Assembly (NCBI GenBank): GCA_944366945.1
Contig: CALVWJ010000002.1
Location: 111,379 to 175,378, forward strand
Reading direction: 5' to 3'
DNA: 64,000 nt
From: an uncultured Clostridia bacterium
GTDB lineage: Bacteria > Bacillota > Clostridia > Christensenellales > CAG-138
A model generated the notes under the pieces. It was given only the letters and a program-made list of their open reading frames with translations. It was not told the origin of the DNA and ran no database searches. Position numbers and translations under genes: made by a program. Shown here piece after piece: positions 42,475 to 52,103 of this stretch (position 1 is its first letter; the number at the start of each line of letters is the position of its first letter).

Positions 42475-42543
42475 CAGGGCCGAGCACGATTAATCTTAGT
42501 GGTTTTTTAGCGTTACCCTGTGATAAGATGATGTGAGGGCGCA

Positions 42544-42798
42544 ATGCGCACGCAAGCTGGATTTGTAACCGTAGATGTACATGGAAAAACGAAAGCACAA
42601 GCCAAAGTCGCGATTGAAGCGGCCTTACGGCGCTGCGATGCTTCCGTTTACCGTTTGCGCATAATCCATGGTTTTAACCGCGGTACCGAATTGCGCACTA
42701 TGCTGCATGCAGAATATGGTGGAGGCGATACGCGCATTCGGCAGGTCCTTGCAGGGGAGAATCCAGGAATCACAGAGCTCGTGCTCCGCGAGCTATAA
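42544..42798 (+). CDS. Standalone Smr domain protein
   Basis: VDVHG, IIHGFNRGT, NPGIT. Confidence 0.85.
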   Translation: MRTQAGFVTVDVHGKTKAQAKVAIEAALRRCDASVYRLRIIHGFNRGTELRTMLHAEYGGGDTRIRQVLAGENPGITELVLREL

Positions 42799-42851
42799 CC
42801 CGGCCGATTGGCTACATAAGCAGGAGCTTTTAAAAGGAAAGCAGGATTTTT

Positions 42852-44222
42852 ATGAAAATCGTAATCGTAGGCGATGGAAAAGTCGGCTACACACTCACAA
42901 AACGCCTTTCCCAAGAAGGGCACGACATTGTAGTTATCGATAACAAACGCAGCGTTCTGCTGCAATCCCAGGAGTCTTTGGATGTTGCCGTCGTGGACGG
43001 CAACGGCGCAAGCGTAGAAGTTCAGCGGGAAGCAGGCGTTGGAGCGAGCGATCTTTTGATTGCAGCTACCTCAGGAGATGAAACCAATCTCCTCTGCTGC
43101 ATGGTAGCGCGCAAACTCGGTTGCCGCCATACAATCGCGCGCGTGCGCAATCCGGAATATGACCAGCAAACGCGCTTCTTGAAGGACGAGCTTGGACTTT
43201 CGATGGTGGTGAACCCGGAAAAGGCAGCTGCGCTTGAAATTTTTCGTCTGCTCCAATATCCATCCTTTCTCAAGCGGGACTCCTTTGCGAAAGGAAGCGT
43301 AGAGCTTGTTGAACTCAAAATCAAAGAAAAAAACGTGCTTGCAGGCAGCCGGCTCGATCAGTTTCGGACGCTTGCAAATGTAAACGCGCTGGTCTGCGCC
43401 GTAGAGCGTGAAGGGACCGTGCTAATCCCCAAAGGCAACTTCACCTTGCAGGTCGGCGATAAGCTCACGATCGCAACCGATGCCGGAGACCTCGTGCGCC
43501 TGGTTAAGAACCTCGGCGTCTATACGCCCAAAGCGCAGCACGTTATGATCGTGGGCGGAAGCCGCACGGCAAAGTACCTGGCGCAACGCCTTATCCGCAG
43601 CAAAGTAAAGCTCACAATTATCGAAAAAGAAGAAAGCCGCTGCCTTGAGCTTTCCGAAAGCCTGCCCGAAGCGACCATCGTCCATGGCAATGGCACCGTG
43701 CAGGAGCTTTTGATCGAAGAGGGCATCCGCAGCATGGACGCAGTTGTTACGCTTACCGGCATGGATGAGGAAAACCTTATCGTTTCCATGTTCGCAAACT
43801 TCATCGGCGTGCCTAAATCCGTTACGAAAATCAACCGCACGGAATATAACAATGTTTATGAGAACAAAGGGATTGACAGCATCGTAAGCCCAAAGCTTCT
43901 AACCGCAAACGAAATCGTACGGTATGTACGCGCAATGGATGACACAACGGGCAGCTCAGCAGTCACCCTTTACCGCATTGTAGATGGGAAAGCTGAGGCT
44001 TTGGAGTTTTCCGTAAAACATGAAACCCCTTATACCGGCATCCCACTGCATCAGTTACGGCTTAATCCCGATATCCTTATTGCAAGCATCATTCGTGCGC
44101 GCAAGGTTATCATCCCTTCGGGAAATGACGAGATTCGCAAAGGGGATTCCATCATTATTGTAACCACTGCAGACCACACTATCGCAGAGCTGCGCGATGT
44201 TTTCATCAAGGACGAAGCATGA
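42852..44222 (+). CDS. trkA: Trk potassium uptake regulatory subunit
   Basis: GDGKVG, two RCK-N/RCK-C pairs. Confidence 0.95.
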   Translation: MKIVIVGDGKVGYTLTKRLSQEGHDIVVIDNKRSVLLQSQESLDVAVVDGNGASVEVQREAGVGASDLLIAATSGDETNLLCCMVARKLGCRHTIARVRNPEYDQQTRFLKDELGLSMVVNPEKAAALEIFRLLQYPSFLKRDSFAKGSVELVELKIKEKNVLAGSRLDQFRTLANVNALVCAVEREGTVLIPKGNFTLQVGDKLTIATDAGDLVRLVKNLGVYTPKAQHVMIVGGSRTAKYLAQRLIRSKVKLTIIEKEESRCLELSESLPEATIVHGNGTVQELLIEEGIRSMDAVVTLTGMDEENLIVSMFANFIGVPKSVTKINRTEYNNVYENKGIDSIVSPKLLTANEIVRYVRAMDDTTGSSAVTLYRIVDGKAEALEFSVKHETPYTGIPLHQLRLNPDILIASIIRARKVIIPSGNDEIRKGDSIIIVTTADHTIAELRDVFIKDEA

Positions 44223-45718
44223 ACATCAGAGCCATTGGATTTTATATCGGCCATCTGCTGCGCATAGAAGGCGTGCTGCTTATCCCGGCATTGCTCATTG
44301 CCCTGTTCCGCCAGGAACACGAGCCGCTCAAGGCGCTTGGAATCACCATCCTTATTTTGATCGTACTCAGCATGGCGCTGCTTTCTCTGGGCCAGCGAGG
44401 GCCGCTCTGGAAACGCCGGCGCGAAGCCGGCAAGGCGCGCCCAGTTGAAGGTATCCATGCGCGTGAAGGGTTCGTGATCACCGCGCTCGGTTGGATCTGC
44501 CTTTCGCTTTTCGGTGCACTCCCCTTTTATCTCAGCGGCATGATCCCGCGCTTCATTGACTGCTGGTTTGAGACCGTGTCCGGGTTTACCACAACCGGCG
44601 CCACAATTTTAACCCAGATCGAAGGCCTTCCTTTGAGCCTTCTTTATTGGCGTTCCTTCACGCACTGGATCGGCGGCATGGGCGTTCTGGTGTTCCTGCT
44701 TGCGATCATCCCCATGTCCAAAGGCAATGGTGAAACGTTCCATCTGCTGCGCGCGGAAAGCCCCGGCCCTTCTGTTGGCAAGCTGACCCCTACCATGCGC
44801 CATACTGCGCGCCTGCTTTATGCGATCTATGTTGCGCTCACCTTGATGATGATCGGCTTCCTGCTGGCTGGAGGCATGCCGCTCTTCGACAGCGTTACGC
44901 ATGCGTTCGCCACGGCGGGCACGGGCGGATTTTCCATAAAAAATGCCAGCATTGCAGCCTATGACAGCCGTTATCTCCAAACCGTTGTAGCGGTTTTCAT
45001 GGTGCTCTTTGGCGTAAACTTCAATGTGTTTTATCTGCTGATCTGCAAGCGGGCCTCCCAGGCGCTGCGCAGTGAAGAGCTGCGCGTATACCTTGGGATT
45101 ATCATCGCTTCCACGGTCATCATTGCGCTCAATATCCTGCCGCAATTTGAATCGTTGGGAGAAGCATTTCACCACAGCTTCTTCCAGGTGGCCTCCATTA
45201 TGACCACAACCGGCTTTTCTACGGTGGACTTTAACCTTTGGCCGGAACTCTCCCGCATGATTCTCATTGCGCTCATCATCATCGGCGCATGCGCAGGTTC
45301 AACGGGCGGCGGCATCAAAGTTGCGCGCCTCATCATCCTCTGCAAATCGCTCACAAGCGAGATGCGGCACATGCTGCGCCCGCGCACGGTAAAGGTTATC
45401 TGCATCGATGGCAAGCAGCTGGATAGCGATGTAATCCGCGGGGTTTTTGCATACTTAACTGCATTTATCGCCGTGTGCCTGTTCTCCATCCTGTGCGTTT
45501 CAATTGAGAATTACGACATGGAAACCACCGTCACCTCGGTGTTGACCTGCATTGGCAATGTAGGCCCTGGCCTAAGCGTGGTTGGGCCGATGGGGAATTT
45601 CAGCCATTTCTCCGTTTTAAGCAAGCTTGTGCTTTCTGCGGACATGCTGATTGGCAGGCTGGAAATCTTCCCCTTTATCCTGCTTTTTGCGCCAACAACC
45701 TGGAAAAGCAGGACTTAA
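44219..45718 (+). CDS. trkH: Trk potassium uptake membrane subunit
   Basis: SGFTTTG, TGGFS, TTTGF, GSTGGGIK, NVGPG, GRLEI. Confidence 0.95.
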   Translation: MNIRAIGFYIGHLLRIEGVLLIPALLIALFRQEHEPLKALGITILILIVLSMALLSLGQRGPLWKRRREAGKARPVEGIHAREGFVITALGWICLSLFGALPFYLSGMIPRFIDCWFETVSGFTTTGATILTQIEGLPLSLLYWRSFTHWIGGMGVLVFLLAIIPMSKGNGETFHLLRAESPGPSVGKLTPTMRHTARLLYAIYVALTLMMIGFLLAGGMPLFDSVTHAFATAGTGGFSIKNASIAAYDSRYLQTVVAVFMVLFGVNFNVFYLLICKRASQALRSEELRVYLGIIIASTVIIALNILPQFESLGEAFHHSFFQVASIMTTTGFSTVDFNLWPELSRMILIALIIIGACAGSTGGGIKVARLIILCKSLTSEMRHMLRPRTVKVICIDGKQLDSDVIRGVFAYLTAFIAVCLFSILCVSIENYDMETTVTSVLTCIGNVGPGLSVVGPMGNFSHFSVLSKLVLSADMLIGRLEIFPFILLFAPTTWKSRT

Positions 45719-45772
45719 TCCCACCAAATAGCAGGCGCATGGAATTTCAAGGGATTATTTGCGATCTTCGCA

Positions 45773-45801
45773 TTGACAGCCTCGCGGCTTTCTGTTAAAA
45801 T
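45773..45801 (+). promoter_or_regulatory. SigA promoter of the tRNA cluster
   Basis: TTGACA-17 nt-TAAAAT with TG extension. Confidence 0.8.
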
Positions 45802-45869
45802 ACATTACTGTCGGCAGAAACACTGCTGTTGGAGTGTTGAACCCGGCAAGCGCTTTTGCAAAGGGATGT

Positions 45870-45946
45870 GCGCCTGTAGCTCAGCAGGATAGAGCAACGG
45901 CCTTCTAAGCCGTAGGTCCCGGGTTCGAATCCCTGCGGGCGCGCCA
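45870..45946 (+). tRNA. tRNA-Arg(TCT)
   Basis: ACGGC-CTTCTAA-GCCGT; CCA end. Confidence 0.95.
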
Positions 45947-45950
45947 GTAT

Positions 45951-46028
45951 GGTGGGTGTAGTTCAGTTGGTTAGAACGCCAGATTGTGGCTCTGGAGGTC
46001 GTGGGTTCGACTCCCACCACTCACCCCA
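45951..46028 (+). tRNA. tRNA-His(GTG)
   Basis: CCAGA-TTGTGGC-TCTGG; G-1 present. Confidence 0.95.
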
Positions 46029-46055
46029 TTGATTTTATGGTGTGCCGGGGTTTGT

Positions 46056-46130
46056 TGGGGTGTCGCCAAGCGGTAAGGCACGGGACTTTGACTCCCGCAT
46101 TCGTAGGTTCAAATCCTGCCACCCCAGCCA
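46056..46130 (+). tRNA. tRNA-Gln(TTG)
   Basis: CGGGA-CTTTGAC-TCCCG. Confidence 0.95.
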
Positions 46131-46135
46131 GATCT

Positions 46136-46211
46136 GACCCGTTAGCTCAGTCGGTAGAGCACTTGACTTTTAATCAAGGTGTCCGGAGTTCGAATCTCCG
46201 ACGGGTCACCA
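46136..46211 (+). tRNA. tRNA-Lys(TTT)
   Basis: CTTGA-CTTTTAA-TCAAG. Confidence 0.95.
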
Positions 46212-46228
46212 TTTTTTCCGGCATGAAT

Positions 46229-46313
46229 GCGGGCGTGGCGGAATTGGCAGACGCGTCGGATTTAGGTTCCGGTGCCGCAAGGTGTATGAGTTCGAGTCTC
46301 TTCGCCCGCACCA
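46229..46313 (+). tRNA. tRNA-Leu(TAG)
   Basis: TCGGA-TTTAGGT-TCCGG; long variable arm. Confidence 0.95.
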
Positions 46314-46331
46314 ATCCCCAAATTTCGGCAT

Positions 46332-46405
46332 GCGGGTATAGTGTAATGGTAACACATTAGCCTTCCAAGCTGAGATAGAGGGTTCGAGTCCCTTTACCCG
46401 CTCCA
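46332..46405 (+). tRNA. tRNA-Gly(TCC)
   Basis: TTAGC-CTTCCAA-GCTGA. Confidence 0.95.
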
Positions 46406-46412
46406 TCTTCAC

Positions 46413-46448
46413 CACCGCGGACGTTGCAACGTCCGCGGTGTTTTTTTG
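46413..46448 (+). terminator. Terminator of the tRNA cluster
   Basis: CACCGCGGACGT-TGCA-ACGTCCGCGGTG followed by a T run. Confidence 0.9.
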
Positions 46449-46743
46449 TAAAAGCCAGGGCACCACATCCCCCCCAATCACCCGTGCTGGTTTTCTCCAG
46501 CACGTTTTATCCCATTCAAGCAGCAACGTGTCACGGATTCTGTTTCCCCTTTTGTGTTGTGCCCTATAAGGCTGCTGATGGTCTAAGCAAAGCCATCTTG
46601 GGCCTAACACTTGCCCCGTTTTTGCGATTTGCCCGGGTTTTTGCCTTTTCCGCAGAGGCCCCCTCTTCCCTACCTGCACCACGCTCTGATTTTAAGCGGG
46701 CGCATTCTTTCCAACCATGCTTGCAGCACGCCGAACACGCATC

Positions 46744-46772
46744 TTGACTTGCGTAAAATGTAGAATTATAAT
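46744..46772 (+). promoter_or_regulatory. Promoter of the XRE/ECF operon
   Basis: TTGACT-17 nt-TATAAT. Confidence 0.7.
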
Positions 46773-46844
46773 ATGCTTATTACATGCATAATCTATCGTT
46801 TATTTTTGATTCTGCCATTTTAATTTTCATGAGGAAAACAGACC

Positions 46845-47192
46845 ATGCACACAAACATTGGGGTGCGGCTCAAAGAAATCCGCAAAAAGAATAAGCTCAA
46901 ACAAACGCAAATGGCAGAAATCGCGCATTGCAGCCTGCGCAATTATCAAAACATTGAATCGGGCAAAACACAGCCTGGCTATGGCATTTTATATAACATC
47001 GTACACGGTTTGCCGCTGAATCCTCGCGATCTGTTTGCCTTAACGCTGCAGAATGACGCGCGAGCCGAAAAAACGCAAAAGCTCCTATTTCTATCAACGC
47101 AATTGAACGATTCTCAGCTCAACTTCTTATGCTCCGTTGGAGAGCTTCTGATCAAAATGGAACCAGCAACACAAAGCGAGGGGAGAACATGA
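46845..47192 (+). CDS. XRE-family HTH regulator
   Basis: IGVRLKEIRK..LKQTQMAE...YQNIESGKTQP. Confidence 0.88.
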   Translation: MHTNIGVRLKEIRKKNKLKQTQMAEIAHCSLRNYQNIESGKTQPGYGILYNIVHGLPLNPRDLFALTLQNDARAEKTQKLLFLSTQLNDSQLNFLCSVGELLIKMEPATQSEGRT

Positions 47193-47737
47193 CAAGGATT
47201 CTTACAAAAGATGAAATCGCTGAAGTTTATCTTCGCCAACAGCGCTCACTTTTCATGATGGCATTAACGTATACGCATTCCATGTATGCAGCGGAAGAAA
47301 TCGTTGGCGATACGATCGTCGCCCTATTGGAAGCGGAAGCAGAGTTCAAAAACGAAGGCGCTTGCGCAGTCTATATGCGGACGATTGTGCGCCATAAGGC
47401 AATCAGCATGTTTCGCAAGAAATACACGGTGGAACCGCAGGATGATGAAAGCATTGAGCGCGAGTTTATCGAACGCAACCAAATGGAGCGCCCTTACAAT
47501 GAAGTCGAAATACAGTTGCTGATCCGCGAACTGTTGCAGGCTTATTCCAAGGAAATCCAGGAAGCTTTTATTGCCTACGTTCTGGACCAAGTGCCTGTTC
47601 AAGACTTAGCTGAGATGTATGGCCTCAGCTATGAAGCGCTTCGCAAGCAGTTTCAGCGGATCAAAGCGCGCATTGCAGAGAAGATCCCGGAAAAGGAAAT
47701 GCGGGCATTTTTGTTTACACTGCTTTTGTATTTATGA
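47189..47737 (+). CDS. ECF-type sigma-70 factor
   Basis: Region 2 (AEEIVGDT...YMRTIVRHKAI) and region 4 HTH (DLAEMYGLSYEALRKQFQR); ATGA overlap with the XRE gene. Confidence 0.8.
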   Translation: MTRILTKDEIAEVYLRQQRSLFMMALTYTHSMYAAEEIVGDTIVALLEAEAEFKNEGACAVYMRTIVRHKAISMFRKKYTVEPQDDESIEREFIERNQMERPYNEVEIQLLIRELLQAYSKEIQEAFIAYVLDQVPVQDLAEMYGLSYEALRKQFQRIKARIAEKIPEKEMRAFLFTLLLYL

Positions 47738-47772
47738 TGTTGGATAAAATATAGTAACAGGAGGGGGAACGT

Positions 47773-48639
47773 ATGCGTTGGGGGAAAATAAAGCGCAAAC
47801 TGCAGCAAAAGCCGTACTTGCTGGACCCATACCGGGTAAGGAGCCGCCGGGACGCCAGGAAGATGCTGTACGAGCAGGGTTTGCCCTGCGCCGCGGAAGT
47901 GCTGGAAGCGGCGCGCATCCGGGCAGGAAAGAGCCCTAAAGAATGGGAATCCTTGATCGGGATGTCCCGGGAAAAGCTGGCTCGCAAATGCCGCGCCGCA
48001 ATGCCCGTGCGCTTTGGCCATGTTGCGCTCGTTTCGCGGCGGGCCGTGCTGGGCCTTGGCGTCATCCTGTTGTTGGGGTTCTTCTTCGGTTTCACGTACC
48101 CTGGCCGCGCGCTTGCGAAGGCGGTGTATAATGCGGTTTCCGATTTGATTGAAAGCATGCTATACGTCAGTTCAGATGCCGATAACTCTGTGATACACAC
48201 CGTTCCCGTAGTTACAGAAAACGTCAACGAAGAATATACATTCAACACATTGGAAGAACTTGTGGATTTTGTCGGTTATCCCGTATACCATCTTGCAGGG
48301 AGAGAAGATGCTCTCACCAGCATTTTGCTTCGTAGAAAGACATATTCAGGTGAACGGATTTATCTTAACTATCAATTCGGTGATAGAAGAGTGGGGATCT
48401 ATCAAGCGAATCTGGAATTTGGCTCGTCTAACGGATATTATATAGCAGTAGGAGACGATGAAGTCTGTCACATCGAATTGCCTTCCGGAATTGTAGTAGA
48501 TGGTCTACGTTCCCGCAAAGACAATTCCTTTATGGGAACAACAAATACCGGCGCATATGCGATTACTTATACTATCAATAACTGTGAAAACATTGATGAT
48601 ATCGCATCCACTCTAAATTGTCTAGCTTTAACAGAATAG
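47773..48639 (+). CDS. Putative transmembrane anti-sigma factor
   Basis: Follows the ECF sigma; basic N-terminus, single TM, extracellular domain (FNTLEELVDFVGYPVY). Confidence 0.65.
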   Translation: MRWGKIKRKLQQKPYLLDPYRVRSRRDARKMLYEQGLPCAAEVLEAARIRAGKSPKEWESLIGMSREKLARKCRAAMPVRFGHVALVSRRAVLGLGVILLLGFFFGFTYPGRALAKAVYNAVSDLIESMLYVSSDADNSVIHTVPVVTENVNEEYTFNTLEELVDFVGYPVYHLAGREDALTSILLRRKTYSGERIYLNYQFGDRRVGIYQANLEFGSSNGYYIAVGDDEVCHIELPSGIVVDGLRSRKDNSFMGTTNTGAYAITYTINNCENIDDIASTLNCLALTE

Positions 48640-48661
48640 TTTCCAAAACTTTTTCAATTTA

Positions 48662-48698
48662 AAACGAAATGATGCGCGTTGTGCGCATCATTTCGTTT
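48662..48698. terminator. Bidirectional terminator between convergent genes
   Basis: AAACGAAATGATGCGC-GTTGT-GCGCATCATTTCGTTT. Confidence 0.8.
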
Positions 48699-48725
48699 CC
48701 CTTGTGGTGCATTTATTAAATAAAA

Positions 48726-49127
48726 TTATATCGTAAAATAATTGGGCCCAGATCCATAAGTCGTCGGAGTTGTAATGGACATCTGGATCTTATAATATCC
48801 ACTCGTAAGCTGCTGGTTGATTTTTTTCTCAACATATAAGTTGGCTGCATATCCTGAGGTAATCGCAGAATCAATAAATTCCCAACTGCTTCCAACCTGC
48901 TTATAAAGCGTGAGTACGAACGTTTTATATTCGCCTTCTTCTCCATCGCATTCACCAGCTATATAATAGGCCTGCTCTACTGTATTATATTTTAGCCATG
49001 AATTGCATCCCCCCGGCGCCCGCATTACAATCCTGCTTTCATCGCCCTCCGCAAGAGCGCTTACCGGGCACATGCTCATGAGGAGCATGCACAGCGCCAA
49101 CAGAACCAAAAACGTCTTTTTCCTCAT
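48726..49127 (-). CDS. Small secreted protein
   Basis: Signal peptide MRKKTFLVLLALCMLLMSMCPVSALA; GGAGG RBS; beta-rich mature part. Confidence 0.8.
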   Translation of the reverse strand: MRKKTFLVLLALCMLLMSMCPVSALAEGDESRIVMRAPGGCNSWLKYNTVEQAYYIAGECDGEEGEYKTFVLTLYKQVGSSWEFIDSAITSGYAANLYVEKKINQQLTSGYYKIQMSITTPTTYGSGPNYFTI

Positions 49128-49249
49128 AAATCAAACCCTCCTTTTTTTCGCGCATTTCTGCGTCCAATGATTAAATCGCAATAAATACGCCAAAAAGGGA
49201 CATAATTATACAAATTACGACATTTTTTGACATTTGAGACGCTCTAGGC

Positions 49250-49578
49250 TCTTCAGCGGGGCGGCGCTTCGCTTTCCGCAGGCGCTACGCTACCCTATCG
49301 AGCCGGAAAATGCGCACCATCCAATCCCCCCAGGCTGGGCGAAAGCGCATCCCCCAGCACCAGCAGCTTGCAGGGCCCGGCCGGCACCAGCACTTCCTTT
49401 TTTGCTTTTCCGGCGTTTCCAAATCTTCAGTGGCGCGGCGTTTCGCTTTCCCCAGGCGCCACCCCGTTGAGCTGGAAAGTACGCACCATCCAATCCCCCA
49501 GGCTGGGTGAAAGCGCATCCCCCAGCACCAGCAGCTTGCAGGGCCCCGCTGGCACCAGCACTTCCTTTTTCCGCTTCC
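49250..49578. repeat. Diverged tandem direct repeat (about 155-bp unit, 174-bp period) of the SDR 3' end
   Basis: Copies at about 49250-49410 and 49424-49578 share long blocks, e.g. GAAAGCGCATCCCCCAGCACCAGCAGCTTGCAGGGCCC. Confidence 0.9.
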
Positions 49579-50260
49579 GCACGCAGGTTACAATTGCGTT
49601 TGCAACAAGTTCCGGAGCCATCTTGGGGGTAATGCCCGGGCAAGCCACATGCGCGATCTGCGGCGTATCCGTACGGCTTGGGAAAACCGTTCCCACATAC
49701 ACGCCGCTCCCCCGCATCTCCTGCCGAAGCACCTGCTGAAACCCGTTGAGCGCAAATTTGGAAGCCACATAAGCAGCATCGGGCGGAACGCCTTTTTTGC
49801 CATCCATGGAGCATGTAACTACTATGCTTCCCGCGCGGCGGGCGCGCATGCCGGGCAAAACGGCATAGATGGTGTTGAGCGTGCCGAAAAAGTTGGTTTC
49901 CATCACGGTGCGGATCTGCGCCATGGTAAGCGCTTCGGCCGGGCAGCGCAGATAAATCCCAGCGTTGCAAATGGCGGCATCCAGCGCGCCAAAGCGGGCG
50001 CATGCCGCTTCGACCGCAGCGCCGATCTGCGCTGCATCCGCGGTATCCGCAAGGTAAGGCTCCGCAGCCACCCCGAGCGCGCGCACCTCCTCTGCAACCG
50101 CATCAAGGCGCGCCGCATTGCGCGCAACCAGCGCGAGCGAAGCGCCTTCCCGCGCAAACGCGAGCGCTGCTGCGCGGCCTATCCCGCTTGATGCCCCGGT
50201 AATTAGCACCGTTTTCCCATTCATCCGAGCCCGCATTTTAAGCATCCCTTCCTTTCCCAT
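49427..50260 (-). CDS. SDR family oxidoreductase
   Basis: TGASSGIG, CNAG, YVASK; start may be a downstream Met. Confidence 0.93.
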   Translation of the reverse strand: MGKEGMLKMRARMNGKTVLITGASSGIGRAAALAFAREGASLALVARNAARLDAVAEEVRALGVAAEPYLADTADAAQIGAAVEAACARFGALDAAICNAGIYLRCPAEALTMAQIRTVMETNFFGTLNTIYAVLPGMRARRAGSIVVTCSMDGKKGVPPDAAYVASKFALNGFQQVLRQEMRGSGVYVGTVFPSRTDTPQIAHVACPGITPKMAPELVANAIVTCVRKRKKEVLVPAGPCKLLVLGDALSPSLGDWMVRTFQLNGVAPGESETPRH

Positions 50261-50282
50261 GCCAATTCATTTCTTTGCCACG

Positions 50283-50311
50283 AGTATAGCAAACGCGGCC
50301 CGCCCGGTCAA
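50283..50311 (-). promoter_or_regulatory. Promoter of the SDR gene
   Basis: TTGACC-17 nt-TATACT with TG extension. Confidence 0.6.
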
Positions 50312-50586
50312 ACGCCGCAGCAGTGCAAAACCGCTTGACATGCCGGCGCGGCGTGCAGTAGCATATAATATATCTGCCTTGGACACGCCGCGTGCAAGGC
50401 CAGCCGCTATCCGCGCTTGCATCTCAAAACGATCGAGGCAGAAGGTAAACGAGTTGAATGGCCACAAACGCTGCACGCGCCTCACAGGCCCATGTTTAAA
50501 ATCCTGTTTGTTATGCAATTGCAGGCATTTTCCCGTTCACGCCGCCTGTTGGCGTAAGAATATTCTAATATGAAAGGAACCCTTCC

Positions 50587-51459
50587 ATGTTCATCCGGGA
50601 CCTTTTGCAAACAAAACCCGTAACCTTTTCCTGCGAGTTGTTCCCGCCCAAGGCCGGCACCGATTTGGCCCGCGCCGACGAGGTCGTGGAACAGACGGCG
50701 CGCCTCAAGCCGGATTTCATCAGCGTTACCTATGGCGCGAGCGGCAACACCTCCCATAACACGCTGCGCATGGCCCGCCGCATTGAGGAGAACGGCTGCA
50801 CCGCGCTTGCGCACCTAACCTGCGTTTCCGCTTCCCGTTCGGATGTTGCTGTGCGGCTTGACGCCATGCAGCAAAATGGAGTGCAAAACGTGCTTGCCCT
50901 GCGCGGCGACCTGCCCGAGGGCGAGACCAAGCCGGCTGACGCCTGCTTCCAGCATGCCAACGAGCTCGTGGAAGCGATCCGCGCGCACGGCGGATTCTGC
51001 ATCGGCGGCGCATGCTATCCCGAAGGCCATGTGGAAAGCGCATCCCAGGAAGAGGACATTGCCAACTTGAAGCGCAAGGTGGAAGCGGGTTGCGATTTTT
51101 TGACCACCCAGATGTTCTTCGACAATAACGTACTCTATCGTTTCCTTTATAAGCTTTATGCCAAGGGGATCACCGTGCCCGTTCTGGCCGGCATCATGCC
51201 GGTGACCAACAAGAAGCAGATGACTCGCATCATCCGCTTGAGCGGCACTTCCCTGCCGCCGCGGTTCCAGAACATTCTGGACCGCTTTGGGGATGACAGC
51301 GCGGCCATGGAACAGGCGGGCATCGCCTATGCCACGGAGCAGATCATCGACCTGGTTGCAAACGGCGTGCGCGGCGTCCATCTTTACACCATGAACCGGC
51401 CGGACATCGCCGGGCGCATCGCAAACAATCTATCCCATATTCTGGGCAAGGACGCATGA
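50587..51459 (+). CDS. metF: Methylenetetrahydrofolate reductase
   Basis: ELFPPK, SVTYGA, AHLTC, ALRGD, YPEGH, TQMFFD, HLYTMN. Confidence 0.96.
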   Translation: MFIRDLLQTKPVTFSCELFPPKAGTDLARADEVVEQTARLKPDFISVTYGASGNTSHNTLRMARRIEENGCTALAHLTCVSASRSDVAVRLDAMQQNGVQNVLALRGDLPEGETKPADACFQHANELVEAIRAHGGFCIGGACYPEGHVESASQEEDIANLKRKVEAGCDFLTTQMFFDNNVLYRFLYKLYAKGITVPVLAGIMPVTNKKQMTRIIRLSGTSLPPRFQNILDRFGDDSAAMEQAGIAYATEQIIDLVANGVRGVHLYTMNRPDIAGRIANNLSHILGKDA

Positions 51460-52103
51460 GGGTCCGCCGGGAAGAAGCGCTGCGGTATCTGGGCGCAAAG
51501 GGCGCGCCGGATGCGCAGGTTGAAGCGCTGCTTGACGGCGCAGTGGAAGCGCTCAACGCCTGTGCTGCGCCGCGTTATGTTGCCTTGCGTGTGCCCGTGG
51601 AAGTCCGTGGCGCAGAGGTATCGCTCCAGGCGTTTACGGCGAATTCCTCCGCTCTCGCTGCGCGCCTTTCCGGCTGCAGCGCGGCATACCTGTTCGCTGC
51701 AACGCTCGGCGCCGAGGTGGATCGCGCAATGGCGCGCCTTTTCAAGCTGGATGTAGCGCGCGCGTTTGCGTTGCAGGCATGCGCTGCAAGCGCGCTTGAG
51801 TGTTTCTGCGATGATTCCTGCGCTGCGCTTGCGCAGGAATGCGCGCGCGAGGGGCTTTTCCTGCGCCCCCGCTTTTCGCCGGGGTATGGCAGCTTTTCCA
51901 TCGTGCATCAATCGGATATGCTCCGCGCGTTGCAGGCGGATAAGCGGCTTGGCCTTTCTGAAACCGATTCGCATATGCTTACGCCGCTCAAGTCCGTGAC
52001 CGCTGTAATCGGCCTTTCCGCTGAAAACACCGTCTGCGCAGTGCATAAGTGCGCGCAGTGCGATAATCTCACCTGTGAATACCGAAAGGAACCAAAACCA
52101 TGA
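51456..52103 (+). CDS. Standalone B12-dependent methionine synthase activation domain
   Basis: FAATLG, RFSPGYG, PLKSVTAVIG, C-terminal CxxC-x4-C. Confidence 0.88.
   Translation: MRVRREEALRYLGAKGAPDAQVEALLDGAVEALNACAAPRYVALRVPVEVRGAEVSLQAFTANSSALAARLSGCSAAYLFAATLGAEVDRAMARLFKLDVARAFALQACAASALECFCDDSCAALAQECAREGLFLRPRFSPGYGSFSIVHQSDMLRALQADKRLGLSETDSHMLTPLKSVTAVIGLSAENTVCAVHKCAQCDNLTCEYRKEPKP

Noticed and set aside
45805-46682. ORFs across the tRNA cluster (also 5106-5366)
   Set aside because: Spurious frames over tRNA/ncRNA genes
49250-49578. Possible DGR template/variable repeat pair or CRISPR
   Set aside because: Mismatches are not adenine-specific and include indels; no reverse transcriptase or cas gene; only two units
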